NCBI GenBank assembly: GCA_965208675.1
Contig: OZ242351.1
Span: 384,001 to 448,000, forward strand
Direction: 5' to 3'
DNA: 64,000 bases
DNA from: Candidatus Poribacteria bacterium
Lineage (GTDB): Bacteria; Poribacteria; WGA-4E; PCPOR2b
Under the pieces are notes generated by a model, which was given only the letters and a program-made list of their open reading frames with translations, was not told where the DNA came from and made no database searches. Of the stretch, positions 17,987 to 28,252 are shown in pieces (position 1 is the first letter of the stretch; every line of letters starts with the position of its first letter). Both the position numbers and the translations under genes were made by a program.

Positions 17987-18285
17987 TTCATCTCCTTTTA
18001 ATGGGTGGGACAACACTTCAGGCTGATACGGCGTCTGAGATTTGGGTGGCGCCGTATCACTTGCGGGGGGACTAGAGTAACCCCCACCTGAAGTGCTATC
18101 CCATATTAGCATAGGTGCAGACCCCAAGCCTGCACCTATGCTAAATGATCGCCTATAGGAGGCGAAATGTCAAGAATGTTTTAACAGATGTAAGAATTAC
18201 AGTCAAGCCAATAGATCATTAGCGCGTTACCAAATTACACAACTTGGCACGTGTGCCAAGTATATCATTGCCTTAAGGAGATATA

Positions 18286-20943
18286 ATGTTTATGCACAGC
18301 CAGACTAAAACCAGTTTTGTATTTTACATCTTTACGTTGTTCCTATGCCTCAATTCCATTTTCTTACATGACACCGATGCACAAACAGATAATGAGTTAG
18401 CTTCTGACTCCCCTGAATTTGTCTACACTTATGAGAGTATTGATGTCCCCGGTGTAGATTTTTTAGCGTTGACGGCGAGTAGCGACTTTGAGGATTACGC
18501 CGGTTACACACGGAGTGCTGACGGTGATAAAGCAGTCGCCTTTACGCTCATTGACGGTGTTTTTACGACTTTTGATTTCCCCGGTTCGCGGAACACTTAT
18601 TTCTATGCGCTCGGCAATAATGGGATTGCCGCCGGGCACTACCAAGATAGCGATGGTCTGTACCACGGAGTCATCCTAGAAAATGGTGAACTGCGGCGAT
18701 ACGATTTCCCGAACTCTGTTGAAACGGAGATCTATGGGTATAGTGATACGACGGGCGCACTAACAGGTAATTTCACAGCGGCTGACGGCATCCGCCGTGG
18801 GTTCTCTGGTGACGCGATCATTGAGTTCCCCGGTGCCAAGGAAACCTTCGCCGATTTTGTGAGCGGGGGAATCCTTATAGGGAGCTACATAGATGCTGAC
18901 GGGATATATCACGGATATGTACAGGTACAGGATATGTATCAATCTATTGACTTTGAACGCGCAGCCGGTTTGGAGTATGTATTTTTTCACGGTATCAACA
19001 GCGCAGGGGTTTTCGTTGCCCGATCCAAAAGAGGGGATAATCTCCCGCGGACTCAGGTCGGGACATTCCATAAACGACAGGATTTGCAGTTTCCCGGTGC
19101 TGTTATCACAGAAGGGTGGAATATCAATGAGGACAACTCTGTCGTCGGATATTATGAGTCAGAAGATGGGCATCGACGCGGTTTCATCGCAAGACCTGCA
19201 CAAACCGCCGTTGACCTACCAGTCACCTTCACCTATACGTTTGAGAGTATTGACGTTCCGGGTGTAGATTTTTTGGCTCTGACGGCGAGTAGTGACTTTG
19301 AAGATTACGCAGGCTATACGAAAAGTGCTGATGGCGAAAAAGAGGTCGCTTTTACATTCATCGATGGCGTTTTCAACATTTATGATTTCCCAGGTTCACA
19401 GAATACCTATTTCTATGCCCTGGGCAACAACGGAAATGCTGCTGGACACTACGAGGATAGCGATGGGCTGTTCCACGGTGTCATCTTAGAAGATGGCGAG
19501 TTGCGCCAATTCGATTTCCCGGGTGCCGTCCAAACGGAGATTTACGGCATTTCCGATGCGACTGGGGCACTGACGGGTAATTTCACAGATGCTTCGGGCG
19601 TTCGCCGTGGATTTACAGGGGACGAGGTCGTTGAGTTTCCCGGCGCCATAGAAACCTTCGCCGATTTTGTAAGTGGGGAGACTCTTGTGGGCAGTTACAT
19701 AGATGCTGACGGTATATATCACGCATATACATCTATAGATGGCGTGTTTACATCTATAGATTCCCCTATACCCGATTTGGAGTACGGGTTTCTTCATGGT
19801 GTCAACGAGATAGGGGTTTTCGTTGCCCGATCTAAAGGGGTGAATGATATTCCGCGGACTCATGTCGGCACATTCCGTGGACTACAGGAAATGCGGTTTC
19901 CAGGCAGCGTTAGCACGGAGGGGTGGAATATCAATCAAGACAGCTCTGTCGTAGGGTATTATGACTCCGCAGATGGACGTAGACACGGGTTTATCGCCAG
20001 ACTCGACACGAAGGCAGAGAGCGATAATTTTGGCAACGCCTACCACGTCACACTGGAGAAAGGCTTGAACATGATTTCCGTACCGTTGGCGCCGCCAACG
20101 CCGATGAGCGCTAAGTCGCTCGCAGGACTGACAGGAGCGACAACCATCATCACGATCGATGCCGCAAACCAGCGTTTCATCGCGTGGACGCCAAGCGCAC
20201 CCGATGACGGTTTCCCAATTGAAGGCGGTGGCGGATATATCGTCAATGTCCCAGAAACCCGCAACTTCGCTTTCGCCGGAGCGCCGTGGACAAATCAAAC
20301 AGAACCTCCCGCGGCAGCACCTGCCATTTCCGTGGCGCTTGCTCAGGAAGCGTGGGCGTTCGTTGTAAGCGGACACTTGGAAGGAGTTCCATCGCTTGAC
20401 GGCTATCAGGTGTCAGTCCGAAACCTAAGAACAGGCAGCACGATAACCGTGCCGGCGCAGGGGGATTACTTCGCTGCTGCGACCGCCGACTTGTCACGCC
20501 GGAGCGTTGTGCAAGTTGGAGACGTGATTGAAGTGTACGTCATCGGGTCGGGCGGCAATGTTGAATCGCACACTCTCAGCCACAAAGTTACCGCCGATCA
20601 CCTGGCAAACGCAGTTATGTCTGTCAGGCTTGATGCCGTCGGTCAACCGACGATGACCCGGTTATTGCAGAACTACCCGAACCCGTTCAACCCGGAGACG
20701 TGGATTCCCTATCAACTCTCGGAAGACAGTCCTGTTTCGGTATCCATTTATGATACAACTGGAAATTTGGTTCGGACACTTTCGATCGGTTATCAATCCG
20801 CGGGATATTACAATGGTCGGGACCGCGCCGCGTATTGGGATGGAAAGTCCGAGACTGGAGAGCGGGTTGCGAGTGGGGTATACTTCTATCATCTCAATGC
20901 GGGAAGTTTTATCTCGGCGAAACGCATGGTCATCTTGAAGTAG
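18286..20943 (+). CDS. secreted protein with 270-aa tandem duplication and FlgD-Ig/T9SS-type C-terminal domain
   Basis: Signal peptide; repeat units start at 18418 and 19228 (ESIDVPGVDFLALTASSDFEDYAGYT); C-terminal LLQNYPNPFNPETWIPYQL...WDG...SGVYFY. Confidence 0.85.
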   Translation: MFMHSQTKTSFVFYIFTLFLCLNSIFLHDTDAQTDNELASDSPEFVYTYESIDVPGVDFLALTASSDFEDYAGYTRSADGDKAVAFTLIDGVFTTFDFPGSRNTYFYALGNNGIAAGHYQDSDGLYHGVILENGELRRYDFPNSVETEIYGYSDTTGALTGNFTAADGIRRGFSGDAIIEFPGAKETFADFVSGGILIGSYIDADGIYHGYVQVQDMYQSIDFERAAGLEYVFFHGINSAGVFVARSKRGDNLPRTQVGTFHKRQDLQFPGAVITEGWNINEDNSVVGYYESEDGHRRGFIARPAQTAVDLPVTFTYTFESIDVPGVDFLALTASSDFEDYAGYTKSADGEKEVAFTFIDGVFNIYDFPGSQNTYFYALGNNGNAAGHYEDSDGLFHGVILEDGELRQFDFPGAVQTEIYGISDATGALTGNFTDASGVRRGFTGDEVVEFPGAIETFADFVSGETLVGSYIDADGIYHAYTSIDGVFTSIDSPIPDLEYGFLHGVNEIGVFVARSKGVNDIPRTHVGTFRGLQEMRFPGSVSTEGWNINQDSSVVGYYDSADGRRHGFIARLDTKAESDNFGNAYHVTLEKGLNMISVPLAPPTPMSAKSLAGLTGATTIITIDAANQRFIAWTPSAPDDGFPIEGGGGYIVNVPETRNFAFAGAPWTNQTEPPAAAPAISVALAQEAWAFVVSGHLEGVPSLDGYQVSVRNLRTGSTITVPAQGDYFAAATADLSRRSVVQVGDVIEVYVIGSGGNVESHTLSHKVTADHLANAVMSVRLDAVGQPTMTRLLQNYPNPFNPETWIPYQLSEDSPVSVSIYDTTGNLVRTLSIGYQSAGYYNGRDRAAYWDGKSETGERVASGVYFYHLNAGSFISAKRMVILK

Positions 20944-21007
20944 TAACCCCATTACCAGCGGCGGAATTCGAGATCGTTTACGCGCATTCAATGGGAGACC
21001 AATTCCT

Positions 21008-22057
21008 ATGCCTGAAATACCCAAACCGATATTGATTCAAAAGGACGAACTTCGTGAATTCGTTGGGACGCTGTATCAGAAGGCTGGCGTACCTCACGAT
21101 CACGCCAAGCTAATGGCAGATTTACAAGTCGAAACCGATTTGCGAGGCGTGTTTTCGCACGGTACACGTGCGGTTCCCGGGTACATCGAGAAGATTCTCG
21201 ATGGCAAAATAAACCCGACGCCGCAGTTCGAAATTGTCAAAGAGGCGCCCAGCACCGCGGTCATTGACGGAGACAATGCATTAGGGCATGTCCCCTCCGC
21301 GAAGGCGATGGAAATGGCCATCGAAAAAGCCAAATCTATGGGAATCGGCGCAGTAGGTGTCTGCAACGCTGGGCACTTCGGCGCCGCAGCGTGTTACGGA
21401 ATGATGGCTGTCCGCGAAAAAATGATCGGCTTTGCCACAACAAGTACAGCGATGCGGAGCGTCGTCGCACCCGGCGGTGCAACGCCCGTAGTCGGCAACG
21501 TGGCGCTCTCCTACGCCTACCCGTCCCGAACCGAACAACCCATGGTACTCGACATGGCGTGCGGCATCTCGGCCTGGAATAGGATTGAAACCATGCGCAT
21601 GTACAATATCCATATCCCGATGGACTGGATGTTGGACATAAATGGGAAACCGACCAACGATCCGAGTAAGGGAGAGATGCTCAAACCTGCTGCAGGTCCA
21701 AAAGGTTACGGTTTGGCGATGGCTATGACCGCCCTCGCGGGCCCTCTAATTGGCGGCATGATGGGCTGTCATAAGGATGCTGGTCCATCTGAACACTTTT
21801 TCATAGCGTTCAACGTCTCTAGTTTCACCGACTACGATGATTTCGTACGTGAAATGGACAGGTCGGTTCGCACGGTGAAAACTTCAAAGACTGTTGACGG
21901 CGTGGACCGGGTTTATCTGCCCGGGGAAATTGAATGGGAAAACTACGAACCGTGGAGCGACCACGGGATTCCGCTCCACAAAGACCACTTGAGCGCGCTA
22001 GCAGAGACCGCCGATAAACTCGGCGTGGATGTGTTTTGGGAGGTGGGCGAGGAATAA
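21008..22057 (+). CDS. Ldh_2 family (malate/L-lactate/ureidoglycolate-type) dehydrogenase
   Basis: DLRGVFSHG, GHFGAA, PKGYGLAM, VYLPGEIE. Confidence 0.9.
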   Translation: MPEIPKPILIQKDELREFVGTLYQKAGVPHDHAKLMADLQVETDLRGVFSHGTRAVPGYIEKILDGKINPTPQFEIVKEAPSTAVIDGDNALGHVPSAKAMEMAIEKAKSMGIGAVGVCNAGHFGAAACYGMMAVREKMIGFATTSTAMRSVVAPGGATPVVGNVALSYAYPSRTEQPMVLDMACGISAWNRIETMRMYNIHIPMDWMLDINGKPTNDPSKGEMLKPAAGPKGYGLAMAMTALAGPLIGGMMGCHKDAGPSEHFFIAFNVSSFTDYDDFVREMDRSVRTVKTSKTVDGVDRVYLPGEIEWENYEPWSDHGIPLHKDHLSALAETADKLGVDVFWEVGEE

Positions 22058-22081
22058 CCGCGGCGGCAGTTCGTTGACTTA

Positions 22082-22126
22082 GACGATACCCTCCCCTTTG
22101 CCAAGAGGGAGTTAAAGGGGGTCGTC
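22082..22126. terminator. palindromic repeat/terminator between convergent genes
   Basis: GACGA..CCC-CTCCCCT-ttgccaag-AGGGGAG..GGGG-TCGTC. Confidence 0.45.
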
Positions 22127-22127
22127 T

Positions 22128-22937
22128 TCAAACGCCATCCGACACCGAAGGCACGTTATCTTGACAATAGACGGGCCGGAAGAGCGTGCGTCTTTTGAAC
22201 GGAATTTCGGCAAGGTGTTCCGGATGAGGCTCCCACCCGTGCCACTTATTGCCAATCACGTTGTAGCAGTTGAATATGGCGACCCGATCGCTAGTATCGT
22301 CCTCCCAACGGGCGCCTGTGTGAGTTATAGCCTCGGTAAAGAACAGGACCGACCCTGCCGGGCAAGAATAATCCTCCCACAAGGGGCAATCCCGATTTTC
22401 AGTCGTTTTTGGCGGTGGAAATGCCGCTTTGTGGCTTCCAGTCAAAAACATAGTGCCGCCGCCGCGACTCTTCACTGGGTTCAGTTCCCATACAACTCGC
22501 GTCAAGCCGCTGTGTACCTTGTCCGGATGCATATGATAGGTGTGTGAGTTTCCGCGAAAGTTGTGCATGTCGCGTCCGCCATGAGGTCTAAAGTGGTCTT
22601 GGCCTTTGGCTCGAATCGTCAAAAACGTACCCTCCAAGCGAAAACCGTAGCACTCCTCGTTCGAATGGCCCGACGCGACAAATTCGTTCATAAAGCCCAA
22701 GACAGTTGGGTGATCTGTGAGTCTTTCGAGCGGACCGCCGATGGACGAACGATGGGGCTCTGGAATTGACTCGGGCTCTCTCTGCAGACGGTAACAAAAC
22801 TCCCGCATCTCGACAACCTCATTGTCGTTCAGTACGCCGGGTAGAGCTATCCAGCCCCGTGTGTCGAAGATAAACTTCTGCTCTTCGGTAAACTCAATTG
22901 CCGGCGTTCCAACGGCGTTTGTCGAGGGCATAACCAT
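22128..22937 (-). CDS. phytanoyl-CoA dioxygenase (PhyH) family protein
   Basis: GGTMFLTGSHKA and PAGSVLFFTEAITH motifs. Confidence 0.85.
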   Translation of the reverse strand: MVMPSTNAVGTPAIEFTEEQKFIFDTRGWIALPGVLNDNEVVEMREFCYRLQREPESIPEPHRSSIGGPLERLTDHPTVLGFMNEFVASGHSNEECYGFRLEGTFLTIRAKGQDHFRPHGGRDMHNFRGNSHTYHMHPDKVHSGLTRVVWELNPVKSRGGGTMFLTGSHKAAFPPPKTTENRDCPLWEDYSCPAGSVLFFTEAITHTGARWEDDTSDRVAIFNCYNVIGNKWHGWEPHPEHLAEIPFKRRTLFRPVYCQDNVPSVSDGV

Positions 22938-23027
22938 AAAAATAACCTTCCATTTATTTGTGTTTCATTGACGAATTACAATTACGGATTAAGGCGCGGA
23001 GCGTTTTTTTGGCTCGCCTACAGCCAA

Positions 23028-23915
23028 TCATACTCCCCACCGCTTCCGCATCTCCTCCATTGGAACGGTTTCGCCCTGCATCCAAGCATAATGCGCAATT
23101 GGGTCCTCTCCGATCCAGCGTTCGTCAACCGGTTCATCCGCGCGTTGGAAGCGCGTGTCAGCGCTAAGACGGTAACGGTTCGTTGTGTTGTCCAGCGATC
23201 CGTGCATCGTGAACATGCCGAAAATCAACACATCTCCCATCTTAAATGAATTCGTTCCCCACCGCCCGCCGTAACGGTCAACCAATTCGATTGGATCGTT
23301 CGAGAACGAACCGGTCACATTGTCACGATCCACGTCCATCTCGCCGTAAGTCTGTTTAATTAAGTCAAAACGGTGGGAACCGATGAGAATCGCCAACGGT
23401 CCCATCTCAAGCGGCAGGTCGCCGATAGGCGACCAGCAGGTTACGACATGTTGAGTTCCGCGTCCCATGTAAACGATGTCGTAGTGTGCACCGGTGAAGC
23501 CGCTCGGCTGTACCACGCGCAGCCATTTATAATCGTAGGTGATGACGGGTGCATCGAAAAAGTTTTCAAAAAAGCTCAAAACTTCAGGGGATTCGACCAG
23601 GTTCAGAAATTCCGGTTGGTGGGTGACGGCGTTATTGCCGCCCATAAACATGCCGCGCTTGCCTTCCGCCGGAATCCCGTCTGATACCGGGTGCGCACCG
23701 TCGAGTTGCTCGTTCTCGTCCAGTTTCCTGAGCAGAAATCGGCGGGTTGCCTTGACCTTTTCTGGGTCGTACAATCCGCGAATTAACAGGTATCCATCAG
23801 CTTTAAATCTAGCATGCAGCTCCTCGCGGTCGCCGAGTACGTCATTTGCTTCTCGCAACCATCGAAGGTACTTCCCGCCCATTTCCATCTTTATTTTGTT
23901 CATGGTGAGAATCAC
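23028..23915 (-). CDS. phytanoyl-CoA dioxygenase (PhyH) family protein
   Basis: TGAHYD (HxD), GSH, GDVLIFGMFTMHGS, RLSADTR. Confidence 0.88.
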   Translation of the reverse strand: MILTMNKIKMEMGGKYLRWLREANDVLGDREELHARFKADGYLLIRGLYDPEKVKATRRFLLRKLDENEQLDGAHPVSDGIPAEGKRGMFMGGNNAVTHQPEFLNLVESPEVLSFFENFFDAPVITYDYKWLRVVQPSGFTGAHYDIVYMGRGTQHVVTCWSPIGDLPLEMGPLAILIGSHRFDLIKQTYGEMDVDRDNVTGSFSNDPIELVDRYGGRWGTNSFKMGDVLIFGMFTMHGSLDNTTNRYRLSADTRFQRADEPVDERWIGEDPIAHYAWMQGETVPMEEMRKRWGV

Positions 23916-24071
23916 GTTAAATCTCCGTTTTTCTCCGATCGAAATACGTTAGCCAACCGTCAATCAACCCGAAATCCGCCCGCTCAAAATTTAATGCTCT
24001 GAACACTATAACACGCTGAAATAGTCAATGCCAAGTCATAATTTTCCTCGACAGTTTTATAAACTCCACCA

Positions 24072-24100
24072 TTGACAAAAATTCGAAAATGTATTACTAT
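24072..24100 (+). promoter_or_regulatory. sigma70 promoter
   Basis: TTGACA-17 nt-TACTAT. Confidence 0.55.
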
Positions 24101-24197
24101 TTCTGCTAATCCAAAATCTACGCAAAGCTACCCAAAACGTGCCATACTGGGGGATTGATAAACCCGGGTAGAACAAAGTCGAGAGCGGTGATTTGAG

Positions 24198-24604
24198 ATG
24201 GATTTTTCCGCATGGTCCCCGTCGCACACTATCATAGCGATTTTTGCAGCCGTGGGGTTTATAGGACAGATTGCGGTCTTATTCTACCGTACGGGGCTGC
24301 TGGAAAGGCGCATAGAAAAACAGGGCGAAGACTTGCGGCAGCTAGGCGAGACATTCTTGCACGCGTTAGAACGCCATGAAGATCGGGTGGACAAGCGACT
24401 TACTGAAATCATTTCACAAATGAATCAACAGTTCTCAGATGTCCGAACCGAAATTGGCGTCCTCCGATCGGACATAACCAGGAGATTGGGAACCTCCGAT
24501 CGGAAATGAATCATGAAATTGGCAGCGTTCGCGAGGAACTCAGCAAACTCAATCAAAACCACATCGACCATTTGATACGACACCAGGATGAAGAACCGTC
24601 GTAG
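24198..24604 (+). pseudogene. TM + coiled-coil protein, frameshifted paralog of 28454-28897
   Basis: N-terminus MDFSAWSPSHT..VGFIGQIAVLFYRT matches the paralog. After ~24475 homology continues in another frame (NQEIGNLRSEMNHEIGSVREELSKLNQNHIDHLIRH) to TAG at 24602-24604. Confidence 0.75.
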
Positions 24605-24826
24605 GCCGGGCTGCGCGGTCAACCAATGTAAGAGTGAGGGCGATATACGATATACTGCACGCGTCATATCCGGACTTTAAAATCCCTCCTAACACAATTA
24701 CAACACACCGTAGAAGCGATCTCCTAATCGTAAAACCCTACCACCGGTCTGTCCTGAAATGCGCATTTTCTTTGGGGGCATGGCATCAGACTACCATGCA
24801 CACGGGTCCTACAACGGGAAGGAATC

Positions 24827-27199
24827 ATGTATAATCAGAGGCATCTCGTTATTGTTAACCTGATAATGGTCGTTATGCTAACGAGTTCCTGCGGCATTGG
24901 GCGAGTTTTTGAACCCCTTGTACTCAATTCTTATGAGTCTCGGGTCCAATCGGTCATTGAGCAGGGCACAGTTGTTCAAAATTACATGAAAAGCCTTGAC
25001 CGTGCGCTTCAGGACGGCGATGAAAGCACTATCGCACTATTGGCGCCCGAAGGCATTCGTTCGTTTCCGCCCTGTGAGGAAGAAATAGAACGCCGGCCTG
25101 ATCTCCCGGGTGTTGAAATTATCCGTTGGAAATCAACGCCGGGAAATGGAGGAGTCAATCCTTGGGTAAACCTAGCAGACCACTGGGGAAGCGGATCAAT
25201 AATATCGAAGAGTTCGTTTAACATGATTCACCTCAATATAATCAGCGGCGACACCTGCGAACCTGAAATCCGCATTAGCATACAGGGCATTGATACCGCG
25301 GGAAGACACCGCCAAGATGTCAGTTATATGCGGCTGAAGGTAGATTTCTCCGGGTACGCCGCAGTCATTCGAGACATCCTAAAATTTACTGCCCATTCGC
25401 TTATACGCACCGGCGATACGCTATTTAAGGACGAAACGGAGAAGCGGGGTCTCGTATTTCAGCCGCCCAACGTTCCGTTTCGGGACGACCTAAAATTTGC
25501 GCCCTTTACCGCCACTGGGGGCGGCGTCGCCGTTGCTGATGTCGATGGGGACGGGTGGGAAGATGTATATCTTATCGGCGGCACACCGCACACGAGTAGA
25601 TTTTATAAGAACATTGGCTACGGATACTTTGAGGACGCAACAGCGAGTTCCGGTCTAGCAAACCCCCAGGATATGGCTATGGCTGCTGCCATTGGCGACG
25701 TGGACCGGGACGCTGATTTGGATATTGTCGTCACGCACGGCTTTGCACCGCCTACGCTCTTTCGCAACCGCGGCGATACGGTGTTTATTCGTGAACCGTT
25801 CCCTTCTCGTGAAGGGCAAAAGGAAGAAGGCGCTACGACGCCCTCGTTCGTTGATGTCGATAACGACGGGGACCTCGATTTGTATATTGCATACTACGGA
25901 CTTGTGTCGGATTACGTGCCGGACACGATTTACATTGGACTCAACGGCGTTCAAGACCGCCTCTACATCAATGATGGCACCGGGCAATTCACGGAAGAGG
26001 CGCAAAGCCGGGGGATAAATGATTCACGATGGACTTTCCAAGGCGCATTTGCAGATTTCGACGAGGATGGCGATGCCGATCTTTATCAGATTAACGATTT
26101 TGGACGCAACACGCTCTATCTTAATGACGGGACCGGGCACTTTGAGGACTGCACCCTCGACTGGGCGGGAACCGAAGCCTTTGGGTTTGGTATGAGCGGT
26201 AGTTGGGGCGATATCAATGCGGACGGCAAGCTCGACTTGTACATCGCGGGCATAGCATCGGGCGTACAGTGGTTCGCAGAACAGACCGATGTCATGCGTT
26301 ATTACCTCCTAAATGCGAAGCGGAGCCGTTACTTGCCGTCCGGGCAAATTGAACTTATTACAGCGGAGCTTGAACCCTATATGATTTCAGCGGAGCATCT
26401 GGGCGATTCCTTGCCCGCAATCCGCCAGCGTTACTTCCAAGGAAATGTATTGCTCCGACGCAACGGCAACGGATTTGATAACATTAGCCAACCGTCCGGT
26501 ACAGAATATGGCGAGTGGGCATGGGGTTCAGGGTTTATAGATTTTCAAAACGACGGATTGGTTGACCTTTACACAACCAACGGGTTTATTACGGGCGAAA
26601 AGAAAGACGATCTGTGAATGCCCTTTTTCGAATCGGCGGTGCGCCGACCTCTCGACTATTATGACGGAGCATTTTATTCCGCCGATTTTGTTCGCTCTAA
26701 TTCTTGGAACGGAATGGAAAGCAATTTCGCATATCTAAACGTTGATGGAAGTAAATTCTTTGAGCTAGGCTTTGCCCTTGGGATTGACAGTACTGCTGAC
26801 GGCCGGAGTTTCATCGCCTTTGACTGCGATGGAGATGGCGACCAAGATCTGCTGGTTGCAAATCGGAACGCACCGGCTCAACTATTTATCAATCACTGGG
26901 CGGACGCTGCGAACAATAATTGGTTGAAAGTTCGTCTCAGCGGCGACAACGATAGAACCGCCGTTGGCGCCGTGGTTAAAGTTCAAACCGGCAGTCGGAA
27001 GCAAGCCCAAACGTTCTCCTTGTGCAATAGCTACCTGTCCTGCTATGCCGGTCCGCTCCTATTTGGAATTGGTTCTGCAACTCGTGTTGATGCGGTAGAT
27101 GTAATTTGGCCGGGCGGTGAATCTAGCCGAATCACCGGGATTAACGCTAACCAATTGATTGAGGTGTGTTTTCCGACCACCGCTCGGACGCACAAATAA
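24827..27199 (+). CDS. FG-GAP repeat / ASPIC-UnbV (CRTAC1-like) lipoprotein, probable selenoprotein (in-frame TGA 26615-26617)
   Basis: ORFs 24827-26617 and 26618-27199 are in one frame, split only by TGA. Six DxDxDGxxD repeats lie before the TGA; a seventh repeat and the ASPIC-UnbV domain lie after it. Lipobox LTSSC; hairpin 3' of the TGA. Confidence 0.8.
26633..26647 (+). promoter_or_regulatory. candidate bacterial SECIS hairpin
   Basis: TCGGC-GGTGC-GCCGA starting 15 nt after the TGA; loop G at about +21. Confidence 0.55.
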
Positions 27200-27204
27200 C
27201 GCAA

Positions 27205-27708
27205 ATGAGGAATCATCTTGGGAAGTTAAGCCGGCCGTATCTGCCTTTAGTTCTATCGCTCTCGGTTTTGGCGGGATGCACTAAGGTTCCTCAGAAAATC
27301 GCCGTCGGTGAAATGATCGGCGATATTGATGTTGTTCAACTATCAGGTAAAAGAGAAAAACTTTACTCTCTGTCCAAAAACCGAATCACTTTAGTGGTGT
27401 TCTGGGCAACGTGGTGCCAGCGTTGCCGTGAAGAAGTTCCGGACATCAATGATTTAGCGGCTGCTTACGGAACGTCATTAGCCGTCATTGGAATTTCAGC
27501 GGGCGAGACCCTCCACACCGTCAAAGCCCATTCCGCAGCGCTAGGCATTCGCTACCCGGTGGTTGTTACGGAGTTATCCAACTTGGCTGCACTCGGAATT
27601 GATAGTATTCCGCGGTTGGTGGTTTTAGACTCGAAAGGGAGAATTCAGCGGATTGAAAACGGTGTGAATGCGTCTTTACGGGCACGACTAACGCAACTCG
27701 CAAACTAA
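27205..27708 (+). CDS. TlpA/ResA-like thiol-disulfide oxidoreductase lipoprotein
   Basis: FWATWCQRCREE and cis-Pro motif IP; lipobox LAGC; start revised to ATG 27205. Confidence 0.88.
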   Translation: MRNHLGKLSRPYLPLVLSLSVLAGCTKVPQKIAVGEMIGDIDVVQLSGKREKLYSLSKNRITLVVFWATWCQRCREEVPDINDLAAAYGTSLAVIGISAGETLHTVKAHSAALGIRYPVVVTELSNLAALGIDSIPRLVVLDSKGRIQRIENGVNASLRARLTQLAN

Positions 27709-28252
27709 AACGTACCAATTGAAAATTGATCGGGAGGATAGGTAAAATTCACCTTATCTTGTACGCTCCAATCTGAACATACGAATGGCTTGCGCAATAC
27801 TGAGCGCTCCTGAAAATCTGCGCTAAACCCAACCTATCAGAGCTATTACCCCCCCCATCCAAACGGCAAATCCCTAACCGCTATTCGCGGTCGGGCCCGC
27901 AAATATATTTATAACTTTGGCAGTATCCGAAGGTGTCCCCATCAGTGCGGTTGTGTCCCTTATGACACTCACATCCATCGGCAATAATTTTGGTTGATTT
28001 TGTCATCTCAGAATGCTAGGGAATCCTGTCACACACTAGCTTTTCGGCATTTTCGGCGCACCTCTCAATGCGTCGGCGCGAAGTGCCCTAAAGTGCCCTT
28101 TTGTGCCCTAAATTCGGATTTTCTCTTTGGGACACTTCTGATGTATCGGTTATCATGTCCAGTTTGGAGTATTGATTTAATGCCGAGGCGCCGGCCGCCA
28201 ATGCTGATTCCTCAAAATTAAATGACTGATTTTTGCGCACGTTCAGGTCACC

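Larger units (their letters stand above)
14893..18209 (+). mobile_element. putative IS1595-family transporter element (transposase + passenger genes)
   Basis: Transposase followed by about five small AT-rich orphan ORFs. Candidate ends GGCTTGA (14893) and TCAAGCC (18203-18209) are weakly matching IRs; no TSD seen, so the boundaries are tentative. Confidence 0.5.

Noticed and set aside
15871-18127. Prophage
   Set aside because: No integrase, structural, terminase or replication genes.
18418-20001. DGR template/variable repeat pair
   Set aside because: Differences between the copies are not adenine-specific, both copies are in-frame coding, and no RT gene is nearby.
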